Source: Antedon mediterranea (taxonomy: Eukaryota; Animalia; Echinodermata). Taken from it: DNA of 64,000 nucleotides. Positions 25,812 through 39,882 of this stretch are shown piece after piece. The translations under genes were made by a program, and so were the position numbers. The first letter of the stretch is position 1; every line of letters begins with the position of its first letter. Location of the stretch: positions 4,154,001 to 4,218,000 of the forward strand of contig NC_092680.1 of NCBI RefSeq assembly GCF_964355755.1, in the 5' to 3' direction. The notes under the pieces are model-generated. The model made no database searches and was not told the origin of the DNA. It saw nothing but the letters and a program-made list of their open reading frames with translations.

Positions 25812-28800
25812 ACTTTTTAACAAACCAAAATCGAAGAAAATGTAGTTCCCACTAAAACAATACTAAATCAAATTTCCTATAATTATTACCCTTTGTAACG
25901 TACCGACGCAATGTAAGGAAATGTCCAATAATTTAGCTTTCTCCCACCTGCGTGAAATCAAACCTAACTATAATAGTGATAAGGAGTAACATTAAAGAGT
26001 GTAGACTTAATTCGAAACAGTTAGGCCTAAGACAAAATTATTATAAATCAGATTTTAGATGTTAAGAATAATTTAATTTTTACGGAATATCCAGTACTGT
26101 ACTTGTATTATAATCTTATTTACCTCTATGTAACTTATATAAAAGTGAATGTAACAATCATGTCTCGGCTTAATTGGAACCAGGAAAAAAAAATTATATA
26201 TTGTTTATTCTTAAATCCGTTGAGGACCACCAAGTGTTGTTTTTGCAAAATCACATTTAGAATTAATTTTTTTTCGGAAAATCCAATATTTTTATTATAA
26301 ATTTGTTTACCTGTTTTTATATTACTTTGAAACTTTATTTACGTAGGTATTTTTATTTGTATTGCTGAGTTTCAGCGTAATACATAAATCGTTCCAATAC
26401 CGTGTTGTGTTTTAAACGCGTGTTTTTTTGTCGTAACCTACCGGATATACATTATTATTTACTATTGTATAGTATAATTTCAAATCAAAATCAATCACTG
26501 CAACGTGTAAATAGCCTTTGTTTATATGACGTCATGTTTTGTATACGTACGTATTTACAGTCATCCCGCCCATCTTAATTACGAAAAATCAGACATTTAC
26601 CCGATCCATCGTCTGCAAACATTGATGGAGCGAAACACATTACCTACTATGTTTGTATGTTTAAATTCGATCGTCATATCAGAAACTTCAAACCTCTCCA
26701 ATTGAAATCCTCGACGTTATTAGTAACTTATCTATTTTGTATTATTATCTTAGCCTATAAACAATGAAGATGAGAAAATATGTGAGAACGAGAAACTTAC
26801 CTCGACAGAGATTCGAACCCGGAATTAGAGGGACTTCTTTACCTTTGACGGTGCAGTGAAAGCAATTATGTCCCAAATGTCCTTACAGACAACAAATTGA
26901 TACGGCTATATCCCATGTAAAGTAAATGTATTCACCAGACGGAGTATACGAAGATGTTTCGCTAGCCAAAAGCATTAACACAAAAGTCGAGACCTACTCT
27001 ATCTCATCTTGAACCGTACATCCGATACTCATGCCTCTGTCAACTTTTAACCATTCGGCCATGTTAGAACTGCAATTTCTCACCAACAATGTGTTTGTTA
27101 GACCAATTTAACTAATTTACATACCATTTCACTCGAACCAAACCACGACCACCTATATGCAAATTAGCAACAACGTAACACACGTTGAATTTTGAGAAGT
27201 ATTGAAAATGGTTATAAAAGTAAGTCAAGTAACGTTGTACACAACCAATAAAGGCCACTCCGAGAGTTCATACCTCCGTCTAAAGTATAATTCCCTACAT
27301 ATGATTTTCCTCGACATTTTAAAAATGTATCTGTGTGTCTTGGTGCTGAGTGTGATTTATTTATTATTATTATTAATAATATTTTTTATTTTTATTATGA
27401 ACCTCACGTTACGTTAAAACTGCTCAGTACCAGATCGCCAACCTCTGAAAATTGTCTTCTATCTTAACACTTAACAAAATAATAAAAAGCGGTCCAGAAT
27501 TGGGATCCTGGTCCGGATTGCCTCCAAAATAATAACAATAACTTTTTTTCTCTCTATTGTGGGGATTTCACCCACTTTTATTTCTTGTATAAAATATTAT
27601 TATTATATATCATATTTAATTTTATATAATAAATGTATTTTTATTGTTATATTTAGGCCTATATTCTTCACATGTGACGTGTTCATTAATAATAATGTTT
27701 CTCTACTCTATATTCATACAGGTGTATATAACTGTTCTTACACATTATGACAATACAATAATAATAATAATCATAAAATAACTATAATATTCATAAATCA
27801 TTATAGGCCTAAGTATTTAAACTCATTTCTCACCTATAACGTAGACATATTCATTAATACTTTAAACATTGAAGAAGATTAAAGATTCAATTTTAATTGC
27901 CAATTTAAAATGGAAATAATATGAGTACAATTTTCAAACATTTAAAATTCAATTTAATAAAAATTATTACTATATAAAAATATTCAAGCATTCTTGAGAT
28001 ATATTATTTATAACAATCAATATTTAAAAACAGACGTGAAATACCACAAGGATACTATATTTTTAAAGCAACCTATAAGAACATCAAAAATTGAAAGAAG
28101 TGAGAGTGTCTGCATTAAGTTGATGATGTAGCTAAGTTGTTACACTTGCTATTTATAAACCATCAGTCACACTGATGTCAAATACAATGACGTTTTAATT
28201 AATCATTGAGATTACAAACAAACAAAAACAATGCCAAATAGCAAATAAATATACAAAATAAATAGACATGAAATATTTCTTATTTTTTAGACTCGTCTAC
28301 ACTATCAAACTAGTTTGCCAAAAAAAGTATAATGTGCCCAAATATGGCAGTGATGTGCCCAAATATGACATCATCATGTCTATTTATGGGTAGTTGTGCT
28401 TCTCGTTTTTTTTTCGAATATAACCTGTTTATAATCAATTATCTCTCTGTTTTAAGAAGTAACAGCGCATCTTTTAATATCGTACGTCGCTGTATATAAG
28501 ATTCGTATTGACGTTAGCGATGCAATAACACGCGCTACTGTATTCTGCAGCAAAAGGGAAATTCCCATTACGTCATTACTAGTAAATATAGCCTCTTGCA
28601 AATAAAGACCTTGTTGACAGAATTGGTGTTCTATTTACCTTAATTTTAATGAGTATAATGTTAATTATAATAACATTATTCACATGACTGTTTATCACAA
28701 AACATATTTATTGTTTTAGTTTTCGATCACAATGACATAATAATGTAAACGCACCATTATTATTGATGCTCATAGAACCAATAATAACAAGAATTGCGTA

Positions 28801-31800
28801 GAACAATAACTTGGCACTACTTTGATCCTCAAAAATACATAGGCCTAATATGTGATAATGATAACAAGAAAATTATGACGATGACGTAATGACGATGACG
28901 TAATGGTGATGATAAAGCTTATATCTCAGCAAAAATAATAATTTAAAAAATCGATGACAATGATACAGTAATAGCAATGATGCCTATGACTGTTATTAAT
29001 ATTTTTGTTATCTTGTGATAAATGTTGCAATGGAGAAATATACTTCTTCAACATAATATTTTTAATTTTAATAATCAACAATTTAATCAAGCAAAAAAAA
29101 CATATTAAAAATTTAAATAACTGTTTAATGGTATGTTTCTTCTTGATTTAATTTGTTAATGTTATTATATCATCACTATTAATAGAAATAAATGTTTATG
29201 AAATGAAAACTGATTTATTTATTCGTTCCTTTATTTATTCTTCCATTCGCTAATTTTTTTTTTTTATTCTTCATTAATTTTAAAAATACAATCCTTTTTT
29301 TTTCTGGTATTTAACTGATTCACTACGTCAGGTTAATGTTATGACACCTTCATATCCTTAATTAGTGTAGTGTTTACTCGATGACGTGGTTTTTGTGATG
29401 TAACTAAGTGTACGTTAATTATATATACATTATACTATTTTTTCTAATCCTCTAAAGCTCTGTCTATACACTATCAAACTTTATACAATCACCGAAACAC
29501 TCTTTCATTTCAAAAATTTGACCAAAAAAAACGTGATATGTCCATATATAGGCATGATGATGTCATATCACTACCATATTTGGTTATATCACTACCATAT
29601 TTGGTTATATCACACTATTCTGATCGTGTAGACAGAACTTAAGATAACCATCACTCGTATGTCATAGTTTAGGTATTTCCTTTTTCTTTCAATTTAATAT
29701 TCTTTGATCTCAAAATAGTTTGTAAGAGAATGAAGATTAAATTAAACAATACAGTAAATTCCATCAGAATTAAATTGTTTAAAGAAAAGAAAATATACCA
29801 ATTACTTGTATTTGGTATTTCAGAGGAAATCAAGTTCTTATTTAAAAAGTTTATCAAGTTTACATATATAAATGATTATATACGTATTGTATGTATATAA
29901 TTCTCTATTTATTAGCATCTTTAGTGATGGAACTTATAATTAAGGGTCCTCAATAAAACAAACAAAGGCATATAAAATATACAGTATTTGATATTCAAAC
30001 CAAAGGTATATCAAAAGTAAATGTATAATTATAAATAGTATATAAATTAAATAATATAAAACATCAATTAAGTACCTAACTTATCGACTGTAATTAAACA
30101 TATATAATAATATAAGTTATACATTTCATTTCATTTATTTATTCATGGTCAACCACAGTAAAACATTACATTGTTAGGAATTATTTTCGTTTGCTTAAAG
30201 TTAAAAGGTTAAAAATGCTCATAAAAATACAGTATTAGGTTAACATTTTTTAAACATTTTAAAATTTGGTAAAATAAAAATACAATACATTATTTAAAAT
30301 AATACAAAATACAAGCAAGATTGATGTGTGTAAGGGTATAGCATAACATGATCAACGTTTCCATGTTCCATTTAATTACCTCATTGCAATAGCGAGAAAC
30401 GAGTTTCTTATCCTGCTGGTTTTCCATTTGGCTACACTAAACGCCCTGACTTACTAAAGACAAGGTAATGATGGAGAGGGTGATATTCATCCGACATAAT
30501 TACTTTATATTTCTGTTAACTTTGGCGTTCTTTATTTCTATTATTCTGTAAGCTGTTTTCTTTTTAATATGTTTTACAGGTTCATTTTCTTCTGATTTAA
30601 TTTTTACTTAATTAAGATACATTTGGGCAAGATTATGGAAACATTGAGGCGTGACGGGTCACATGACGACAATGCGAAATAGCTTTACGTAAAATAGCTC
30701 GAATTAGCAACCCAGGATCGATCCACGGGAAAACATTCTCGTGGGCGATGTCCGTTTCACGTGATACAAATGGATTGACTTGAATTCATTAATAAATACA
30801 AATTTTCATCTAGATAAGCCAAAATTACAAAATACAAGGAAGAAACGTTGTCATACAATATAGGCATACCAACTCAAATTAAACGAAGGTGTGTTGTATA
30901 ATGTAGGCAATTTAAAAAAAAACACAAATTTAACTAGATCTGATTAGATAAGCCAAATATTTATAAATATATATAAATCCAAAGGCAAATTACTGAAAAA
31001 AATGATAATTCTGTAGGTATCAGTGGCTGGATTTCAATGGAGATAAAAAAAGGGCGAAAATCTAAATAAAAACGATGAAGTAAAACAGCCAGAAAAGTTA
31101 TCAGAGCTTTCTATATATATTATGTTGTATAAAAGCCATGCATATACATACACACACACATCATACATACAAAGTCAAAAATAAAATAAATATATATGCA
31201 GGATCAATTTGGTGATAATATTAGTTGATTTTAGCATAGCACAGTCAATCATGCAATTACTTTGAATTCAAATGTTTTACGCATAGATGAAACAGTTTGT
31301 GAAAAGCATTGATATAACCTGTGAGAAAAGCGAGAAGGTATGTTTTTTTAAATAAAGAAAAAACCTGAATGTTTAATCTGGTGCCACTTGTCAACTGGTA
31401 TATAGCGACAAACTTATGAGCGGGAATTCACCTAATCCTAACGATAACATATCATTCATTACACTTATTTTACAGTGCTAGGGATTTTCCTCCTTTGCTA
31501 AATTGTAAAAACTTCAGCGTGACAAGGACAAACAATAATGCAAGCTTTGATAAAATAGAATATTAGTATTTTACATATAATATATATTTAATAAACATAT
31601 ATAGTATTTCCTCATAGCGTGGTGGAGGGATAATTCCTACATGCTGTAGTCTGTGTTCGATTTAACTTGTTTACAAGCTCGACGCAGTAAGTAGTAGTAG
31701 TAGTACAATATCTAGGATACGTACGTCTAGTACAACTCTCTGCATGGGATGAATAGTAACAAAAGAACTTTACGCTTCAATTGATGTGAACCTTTCTGAG

Positions 31801-33484
31801 AGTTGGTTCATTGTTTCTGCTTCAATCCGAGAAATACTGATAGATATTGATACACTATAGTGCTGAATAACTAATAATGATAGAATTTTCAACTAAAATC
31901 AGATCTAAAAGCCAAGTTTTAAATATGTTATTTAGATATTTTAGAACTCCTCTATATTTTTCTCATATGAGTCTTGTACAAAGAAACAGCACCTTACAAT
32001 GTCCTGTCTCCTGTCTATAACCTTTCTCTGAAACCATACCATGTCTCTTTTCCCACACGTTATGTCAATGCTTGTTTGGAAAACAATTCGAAAAGCCAAG
32101 CATTGGTTGATAAATTTATATAAAGATATTTTAGAACCTCTAGGCCTATACATTGCATAATATAATTCCAAACACTATTTATATATAGTGAAAACAGTAT
32201 AAATATGTGATCATTTTTGTGAGAGTTAAAAACAATTTCCAAGTGGGTAAGAGGAAATTCGGTACTCTTTATTTTTACTTCTTAGGCCTACATATTACAG
32301 CATAATCGATTGGTATCTCGTTCGTCTAAAAGTGAGGTGATATTTAAATAAAGCACCATTCAAATTCACACTTAATCAGCAAAAGTATACTTTATCATTT
32401 ATTTGTTTTCCTACATCTTGTTAACGGTTTCTTTCTTGAAGTAAGTAAATGTCACTTTGAAACTGAAACTGATACAATACTATATTTATTTTCTCTCTCT
32501 CTCCCCCTCTCTCTCTCTCTCTCTTTGTTAGTTGCGTCCCACATTTTATTCTTTCCATTTATAAAATATTTTAATACAAGCAAGTTCTTTATATATTAAA
32601 AGTCATTTCTCGGTATACATAATCCCTGCTTTGGGTTACCCTTTCGGGGATACCACAAGTTAAAAGACCACTGCCATTAAAATAAAACAATTCAAATAAA
32701 ACGAACGATGGGAACAATGCTGACAATTATTAACATTGTTAAGTCACAAAGCAAGTTTTACTTTATAAATTTGTGAAATATTTTGTTTAGAAGAAAATTC
32801 ATTGTGTGTGTATGAATTGCTCAACATTCTACAAAAAAAGGGAAAGATTTATAAGTTGAATCGATCCTGGTTTGATTAAAAATGAATTACACGATAAGCT
32901 AACATTTACGGTTCCTATCTTGGAATAGCTTCGGGTCAGGTAAGCCAGATTTGTCGCTAGACTGGGTATTACAGGTATGGTCACCTGACATACTATAACA
33001 AAAGAAACAGATAAATAAACGCTTGAATGAGCAGGTGTCGGAGTTTCCCTCCTGCTATCATCCTGTTCATTAGCCATTGTAGTGTCAGTCACGAGATATT
33101 TTTCCAAAGTCGTAATTTTTTAATATCTTTATTTCAACATGTATTAAAATAGGTTAGCTTTGTCATGTTTTTGTGAACATAAAATGTTACAAGAGGCAAT
33201 AACAGAAAATGAAATTCCATGATAATAAATAATAGGCACACATTTTTTTTAATATTAAACTTTCACTTTTTCATCAGTGGTACTTAAAAATAGTGGTGAA
33301 GTCAAGCTTGAACTATCCATAAATATCTTAAACTAAACAATATGTCTTACCAGTTACATATCAAACAACATATTTATCTTAAACTAAACAATATCAAAAC
33401 ACACGCAAAAAAACCCCCCAAAACACAAAAAAAGTCAAATGCTAAATAAGATCAATCAAATAATAAATCGAGAAAATAATCAAC

Positions 33485-33690
33485 CAATACGTCATCAACA
33501 TCGTCATCATCAGTGTCATCGTCATCGTCATAATCATCATTATCATTATCAACTTCACCATCATCGTCATCATCTTCTTCCTCAACATCATCCTCAACAT
33601 CCCCGCAATCACAATTATCAGCCTCATCATCATCCTCATCATCTTCTTCCTCAACATCATCCTCATCATCATCACCACCATCCTCACATT
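33485..33690 (+). repeat. Imperfect (CAT)n trinucleotide repeat
   Basis: Runs of CAT/CCT/CTT triplets that give poly-H, poly-M and poly-D ORFs in three frames. Confidence 0.85.
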
Positions 33691-34793
33691 TTATGGTCAG
33701 GGTTTCATTATTAGTTAGAATAAACTTTAAAATTCTATCCATTTACAAAAAAGGGAACAAAATACTGTATAATAAAATAATATCCTTTTATTCAGAGAAG
33801 AGTAAAATTACACTGGTTTTTATTCTACTATTTTAATTTTAGATTAGGATTCACTTTGACAATTTTTTCACAGTATTTAAAAATAAATAGACAAAGTTGA
33901 GCTTATAACGTTAAACCATGTCCACTTTATCCCCCCTTTTCAATATTACTTTTTATACCATAACCATTTTATAATGAAATATAAGTTTATTGTATTTACA
34001 TGTTTATTTCCCAATTTTAACAAGTATATTATATAGACTGTAATCTGAATGTAGCGTATCTAGAAAGAAAATGAAAAACGAGCTGTTCGATCAAGTTATA
34101 ATATTTGATTTTAACACTAATAATCAATAACAACATGCTAACAAAGTGAACGTTGTATTTATACATTTTTGATATTTTAATGTTTAAGAGTCAGCTAACA
34201 CCATGATGACTGGGCTAAGGGTAACATCTGTATGCTATTAAAATTTCTTATTGTAATAATGTCAACGCTTTTTTTGAGTTTTTAAGAAAAAACGGCTACG
34301 TAATAGAGTCAATATTATTCCTGTTAAAAAACACATTCAATTTGGGTACTATATCTTCATGGAATTTGGCTACATAGAATTGTTTATTTGTGTTACCATG
34401 CTTCTGTGATTACAACTTTCAAAATTTTTTGTTGTTTTTGTGAAAGTCAAATTAGACAATTCATTAATTACACTATTTATATAAATACCGCAATTCGTGT
34501 ACTCAGGAACTTGTAACTTATAAACACAAAGTGTGAACACGTTCTTATGTTTGATTTTCTGGTGATTTGAACAAAATCAAAGAAGATTAAGTAACCTGAT
34601 AGTCGAACTACTGATGCTTTACAAAATACAAACTACCTGGAAGATTTCCCAGAGGGAAATAAATATATAAGTTATAGTTGTGGAATGTTACCTTAAATAG
34701 ATTATACTGCTTTATATAAAGGCAAGAAGATGTATTCGAATTAAACATAAACCAATTTGTCTTCTTCCAAGTTAAACTATTAACATAGCCAGG

Positions 34794-37700
34794 ATGAGCG
34801 GTAACAATTTCAAATCGGTGAGTTATTAAAGCGTTTTTATAAAATCTGTTGACAGTTATGAGTTGCTATTAATTCACGATTTAGAAGCATAATTTGGTAA
34901 TGTTAGGCATATAAATAAAGTTCATCTTCTTAGGAAAGGAGGAGAAGGGTTAGGTTCGACAAAAAAAGTAGCCCTACTCTTAAGAAGAAGTTTAATATGT
35001 TTGGGGAGAAATTTGCGACAAGAAACTTGAGTTAGGCCTACTAGAGATTTTGTCGAATGTTGGTTAGGTATCGTTGCTTCCTTTCATTTATTTCAGCAGT
35101 TTATTGTTAGCATTTCTCTCTTCAGTAACAATTTGACTAAACTCGTTAAGTATTGTCCAATCTTTAAGTTCAATTTTTACACAAATCCTATTCAAATGAA
35201 TGAATACTTGTAGGCCTAAGAAAGAAAAACCAACTCACTTTACTTACAAACTATAAATGATTCTTAAAAGTATATTAGCAATTTATATATTAAGAGACTT
35301 TGTTTGAATATTGGTGGGACATCTTTGTTTTTATTCGCAGATTTTTTCCTATATTTGTATTTATTTCACCATTTAAACATGAAATACCTTTTTTTATAAG
35401 TAATATTTCAGACTTATTTCAGTCTGATTTGTTCAATCTGTAGTTTATCTCACTTTATTGTCAGAATAGTTTTCCATAAATCATATTTAAATTGATAAAT
35501 CGATAACACAATTTAAGATACGAGAAGGAACATTTAAAAAAAATCTATATTATAGTATTATAATAAAATATATATATTATAGTAATGTTAATAATGATAA
35601 TAATTTTAGTAATGAGAAATTATCACTTAAAGGAAAATTTGGAAACTATTTATTTGATTTTACCTTTAAAACAAAAGTAGGTCAGCTTTTTGTATCATTT
35701 CACATACTTTTTTATATACGATTATAAGCGAATAATTTTGAGACAAATGCAGGAATTAAAACACGTAAATGTTTTACTGAAATAAATATACATAACCATG
35801 AATTAAAATAGGCAATACAGACAAACAGACAGATAGACAGGGGATTCTTTGATGTTCTATGCGGAGTACAGTTCCATCAATCAAGGTTAAGTCGAATATT
35901 TGACAGACGTCTTCAGACAAGGTGGCAAATTACAAATCCGCTAAGTGAATTATAAGAATAGAAGTTATATAGTTATTAGTTCTACCAACGCCCCTAAAAA
36001 ACTAACAGCATGGTCACACACAATGAAAGCGAATTAGTTCCATTTCATATAGTAAAACAAATAACATTCCTTTGCTTTGCATTTTTAGTTTAGTCTATAG
36101 TTCACTATGTCGGTCGGTCGGTCTGTCGGTCTGTCTGTCGGTCCGGTATCACTATGCGTTTTATCGCTTTTCTGTATTTTTTTAACTGTTTTGATGTACA
36201 GAAAAGTTTTAAAGTACATAACTTTTTGAAAGTTCATTTTTTCTGAGAGCACGCGACTTATGGCTGTTGGCCTTGTTTTTAATAACTTTGATTTATTGAT
36301 AATTCAAAATGTCAAACTGTATGAATTATGAGTTTCTAGTATCTATTAAAACGAATTTACAAATGCAATATATAACATCAGCTTATGTCTATATTAAAAG
36401 AATGCATTTGGTTCTATAGTTAATTCAGATACAGTGATTAAGTTCACTTAGGTTGACCCTGGTCTCCCCAATTTCAGGTTTTTTTTTTTATGTCTATATT
36501 AAAAATACCGAATAAATAATGAAATGAAAGTCAATCCACGTCAATCGTCCAAATTTTATTCAGGTGTACCTAGGCCTATTAAACATCCGTTTCCTTTCGA
36601 TATATTTAAGTAGGTGTTTAAAGTGGCGGCTTTCTATTTTCGAATCTTCCGTTGGAACTTGAAAAATAGTACAACCCATATTCAAAACAATATGATTGTT
36701 GTTTAGATCATTCTTATAGTTTATTTATATTATCTTAGTATCTTTACGGATCTTAAATTTCCATCTTACCAAAACATCCTGCCTGCCGTCTGTCTATGTT
36801 GATATTCTGCAACATTTACTTATATTTTAATCTCATCTTTTCTTTTTCTATAATTTGCTTTTTCGCCCTTCCCCTAGATTCAAAAGAAGGGCGTATTTTA
36901 ATACGAATAATAAACCTATATCTGAAATATACTAGTTTTCTTATCTATTCCTTGCAATAATAGTAAGTAATAAACCATGTAGTCGACTTTTTAAAATTAT
37001 GATAATGAGGTCAGCTAAGATGAGGTCAATCAAAAATTAGGTACGACTTCTACGGCAGATTCTCGTATCGGTGTATTTGAAAATGTATAATGCCAGTAAA
37101 ACAGATGTAGGAGAAAGGTTATAGTCAGCAGACAAGAAACTACGGTCCATGTATAGTCTCTAGACAAGACAGTACGAGATTTGAGTGCTTTTTAAAATGT
37201 TGTCTTACAATTAATATATTGTTTATTATAATTGTTGTTGCTTCAGATCAAACTTCAATTATTCACTGTGATGCTGGTTTGGTCCCAGACAACATATTCC
37301 ACAACAACAGTGTCTTCTCTCTATCCTGTAGGAGATTTGTTCAAAGTCAAAATTCCAAGAAACTATGGCGTCGCACCCGGGTCTCGAGTTAACGGTAAGT
37401 GGTCAATTGTGTAAATAGTGCATTGACAAACAATATTTTTAATCAGACCTATACGCAGAATCGTGATCACAATGTGCGTACTGTATTCATCTTCAACTTG
37501 TATATTAACACGCCATATTGACATTAGACTGCTTCTGAAACATTGTATTTAAGAATGCAAATATTTCAATTTGAAATGATATCTGTGTACTATTTGTTTG
37601 TAAAAGGATATCAGACGTGTGATATACTTCTACAACACACAATTTATAGTTTATAATCATACAAATTATGGGGTTTTTTTTCAGAATCTGAAGCCGATGG

Positions 37701-37956
37701 CGCTTGTCCTTTCCGGATGGAAAGAGATTACGACCCCAATCGGATCCCTGCCACAATCTGGAGAGCTAAGAACCTGACCCGTTTCTGTTTAGACGTCATC
37801 ACCAGTGTTCCAACGAACGAGCTGTGCCATCCATTTGAGATCAAAATGCAGATGTTGAAGAACTCTACCATTCAGGATCACCGTGGTCATTTTTACTATC
37901 GTTTAGAAGAAGAGCGAATTCCCGTTGCGTTCCTTTGTAAGCGGGCAACAGTTTAA
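34794..37956 (+). CDS. IL-17-like cystine-knot cytokine A (4-cysteine variant), ~147 aa
   Basis: Exons 37247-37394 and 37685-37956 are well supported. Exon 1 is probably 34794-34817 (ATG..TCG|GTGAGT, with TATATAAA at 34713). Translation: signal-like IKLQLFTVMLVWSQTTYS, then GACPFRMERDYDPNRIPATIWRAK..FC..LCHPF..MQMLK..YYRLEEERIPVAFLC. This matches the IL-17 pattern CPW..D.DPNR.P..I..A.C..V.VGC.C. Confidence 0.82.
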
Positions 37957-38469
37957 AGATTTTGTTCTCGTTTGGTATACTTTTACTACGAAAAATGAAT
38001 GCTAACATATCTTTTCTATCCGAATTACAGTTTTTAGTTTTGTAGATTAAGAATCGAGATTTTTTAAGAAATTATTTTTTACAATTATTGAATATATTTA
38101 CACAGTCATATACATTTAGACTCTTTATGGTAAAAAGCTAAAAGATAGTTTGATATCTATATAATATCCAAAGAATAAATGTTTAATATGAATAATGAAT
38201 AGTCCTAAGCAACAGTATAATATTATTATATAATATTAAAAAATATGTAACTTTTAAAAAGTTATTATATGCCATATTTTAAATGTATCGTTATAATAAC
38301 GAATTAGTAATTAATGGTTTTATTAAAACCTCTTGTAATCAAATATTTTGAAAAATAAACTTGTATAATAATGTATTGAAATGCCTTTGTCGTATTGAAT
38401 AAATGAACGTTCGAATTGACATATGAATGAATGAGGTACAACCTACAGTAAAATGAGTATGTTGATAAT

Positions 38470-39020
38470 GGAAAGGGCAATAAGGGGCGGTGACCTGATG
38501 ATGAGTTTGTTGATACAGGAGCTGTCTCAGAAAAGAGGCAATAAGGGGCGGTGACCTGATGATGAGTATGTTGTTGACGAGATAGACTGTCTTACACCAC
38601 AGAGACGGGCTTTGAGGGACTATCTTACACCAGATAAGGGCAATGAGGGGCGGTAACAGATGATGAATACCGTATTTTGTTGAACGACAGACCATCTTAC
38701 ACCAGAAAAGGGCAATGAGAGGCGGTGACAGATGATGAGTACCGTATGTTGTTGAACGAAATAGACTATCTTACACTAGAAAAGGGCAATGAGGGGCGAT
38801 GACCAGATGATGAGTATTTTGTTGAACGAGATAGACTATCTTACACCATAAAAGGGCAATGAGGGGCGGTGACCAGATGATGAGTATTTTGTTGAACGAG
38901 ATAGACTATCTTACACCATAAAAGGGCAATGAGGGGCGGTGACCAGATGAAGAGTATTTTGTTAACGAGATAAATCTTACACCATAAAAGGGCAATAACC
39001 TGATAATGAGTATCAAGATA
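38470..39020 (+). repeat. 70-bp minisatellite, about 7-8 copies
   Basis: AAAGGGCAATGAGGGGCGGTGACCAGATGATGAGTATTTTGTTGAACGAGATAGACTATCTTACACCATA recurs at 38781, 38851 and 38921, with degenerate copies on either side. Confidence 0.92.
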
Positions 39021-39680
39021 CATGGGCTGAATGATTGACTTCAGGAATGAGAGAGTATATTCAATTTATAAAATTATTATTATTTTCTATTTTTTTCTCA
39101 ATCATCTAAATCATTTTAATAAATTAGATCCTATCAGAATGCGTTGACTCATACTTATTGTAGTAAGGAATTTTCCCATATTTAAAGAATATACGATTCT
39201 TTTCCACTTATTTTCCATACTATTTTTAACATAATTTAAATAATATTAATCATGTTTTAATAATAAAACAATCTTAGCAAACAGTGAAATATTGACACAA
39301 ATACTGCATAGGCTTAATATTAGATAATTGCGAAGAATAATAATTACGGTATAACTTAATAATTTAAAAAAAAAAACATTGTATTTTTCCATTTATTTTC
39401 CAATGTGACATTTGCTCTTTTTTTTTCAAAATTGAATAATAATTAAATACATCATTGGCAAACATTAGACTAATATTGCACAGACACTGTAGTAGATTGT
39501 TAGACCTACAATCAACAAGGGATGCTACACTATTAGATAATTATCTAAATATAAAAATACTAATATCATCTTCTTTTTGAGAATTTTCCATTATCTTCCT
39601 ATACAAATATTTTGGCTTAACTCCATAAACTGAATATAATTAAAATAAATTAAATAATAACAGAACATGATCCGATTCTG

Positions 39681-39780
39681 ATTGGCTAAATGTATTGAGT
39701 CGACTAGTCATGCGTGCAATGTAGTCGGGAAAGTACCGCCGGCATTACGTCATTCATCATTTAGGCCTAGCCTATATAAT
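39681..39780 (+). promoter_or_regulatory. Proximal promoter of IL-17-like B
   Basis: ATTGG (inverted CCAAT) at 39681, kB-like GGGAAAGTACC at 39727-39737, CRE-like TTACGTCA at 39745-39752, and TATATAA at ~39773, about 110 bp before the ATG. Confidence 0.5.
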
Positions 39781-39882
39781 ATTGGTTGCATGTATTGCCT
39801 AGAACCAAACTAAAACATCAAACCAATACCAACTCATCAACTTTAAAGCATTAAGCTAGGAATCACTAAAGAAACTATAGAT

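Noticed and set aside
26808-27063. tRNA A-box (TGGCCGAATGG) and B-box (GGTTCGAATC) on the minus strand
   Set aside because: The boxes are ~230 nt apart with no cloverleaf; not a tRNA gene.
31941-33107. Minus-strand ORFs (76 and 92 aa) vaguely like a piggyBac transposase C-terminus
   Set aside because: No DDD motifs, TIRs or reliable cysteine-rich domain could be recognised; too weak to call.
33439-33742. Poly-His, poly-Met and poly-Asp/Glu ORFs
   Set aside because: Three-frame readouts of a (CAT)n microsatellite; no convincing link to a gene.
38470-39020. CRISPR-like array, or snoRNA/hammerhead array (TGATGA motifs)
   Set aside because: Whole units repeat with no unique spacers, the context is eukaryotic, and there is no GAAA box or C/D pairing.
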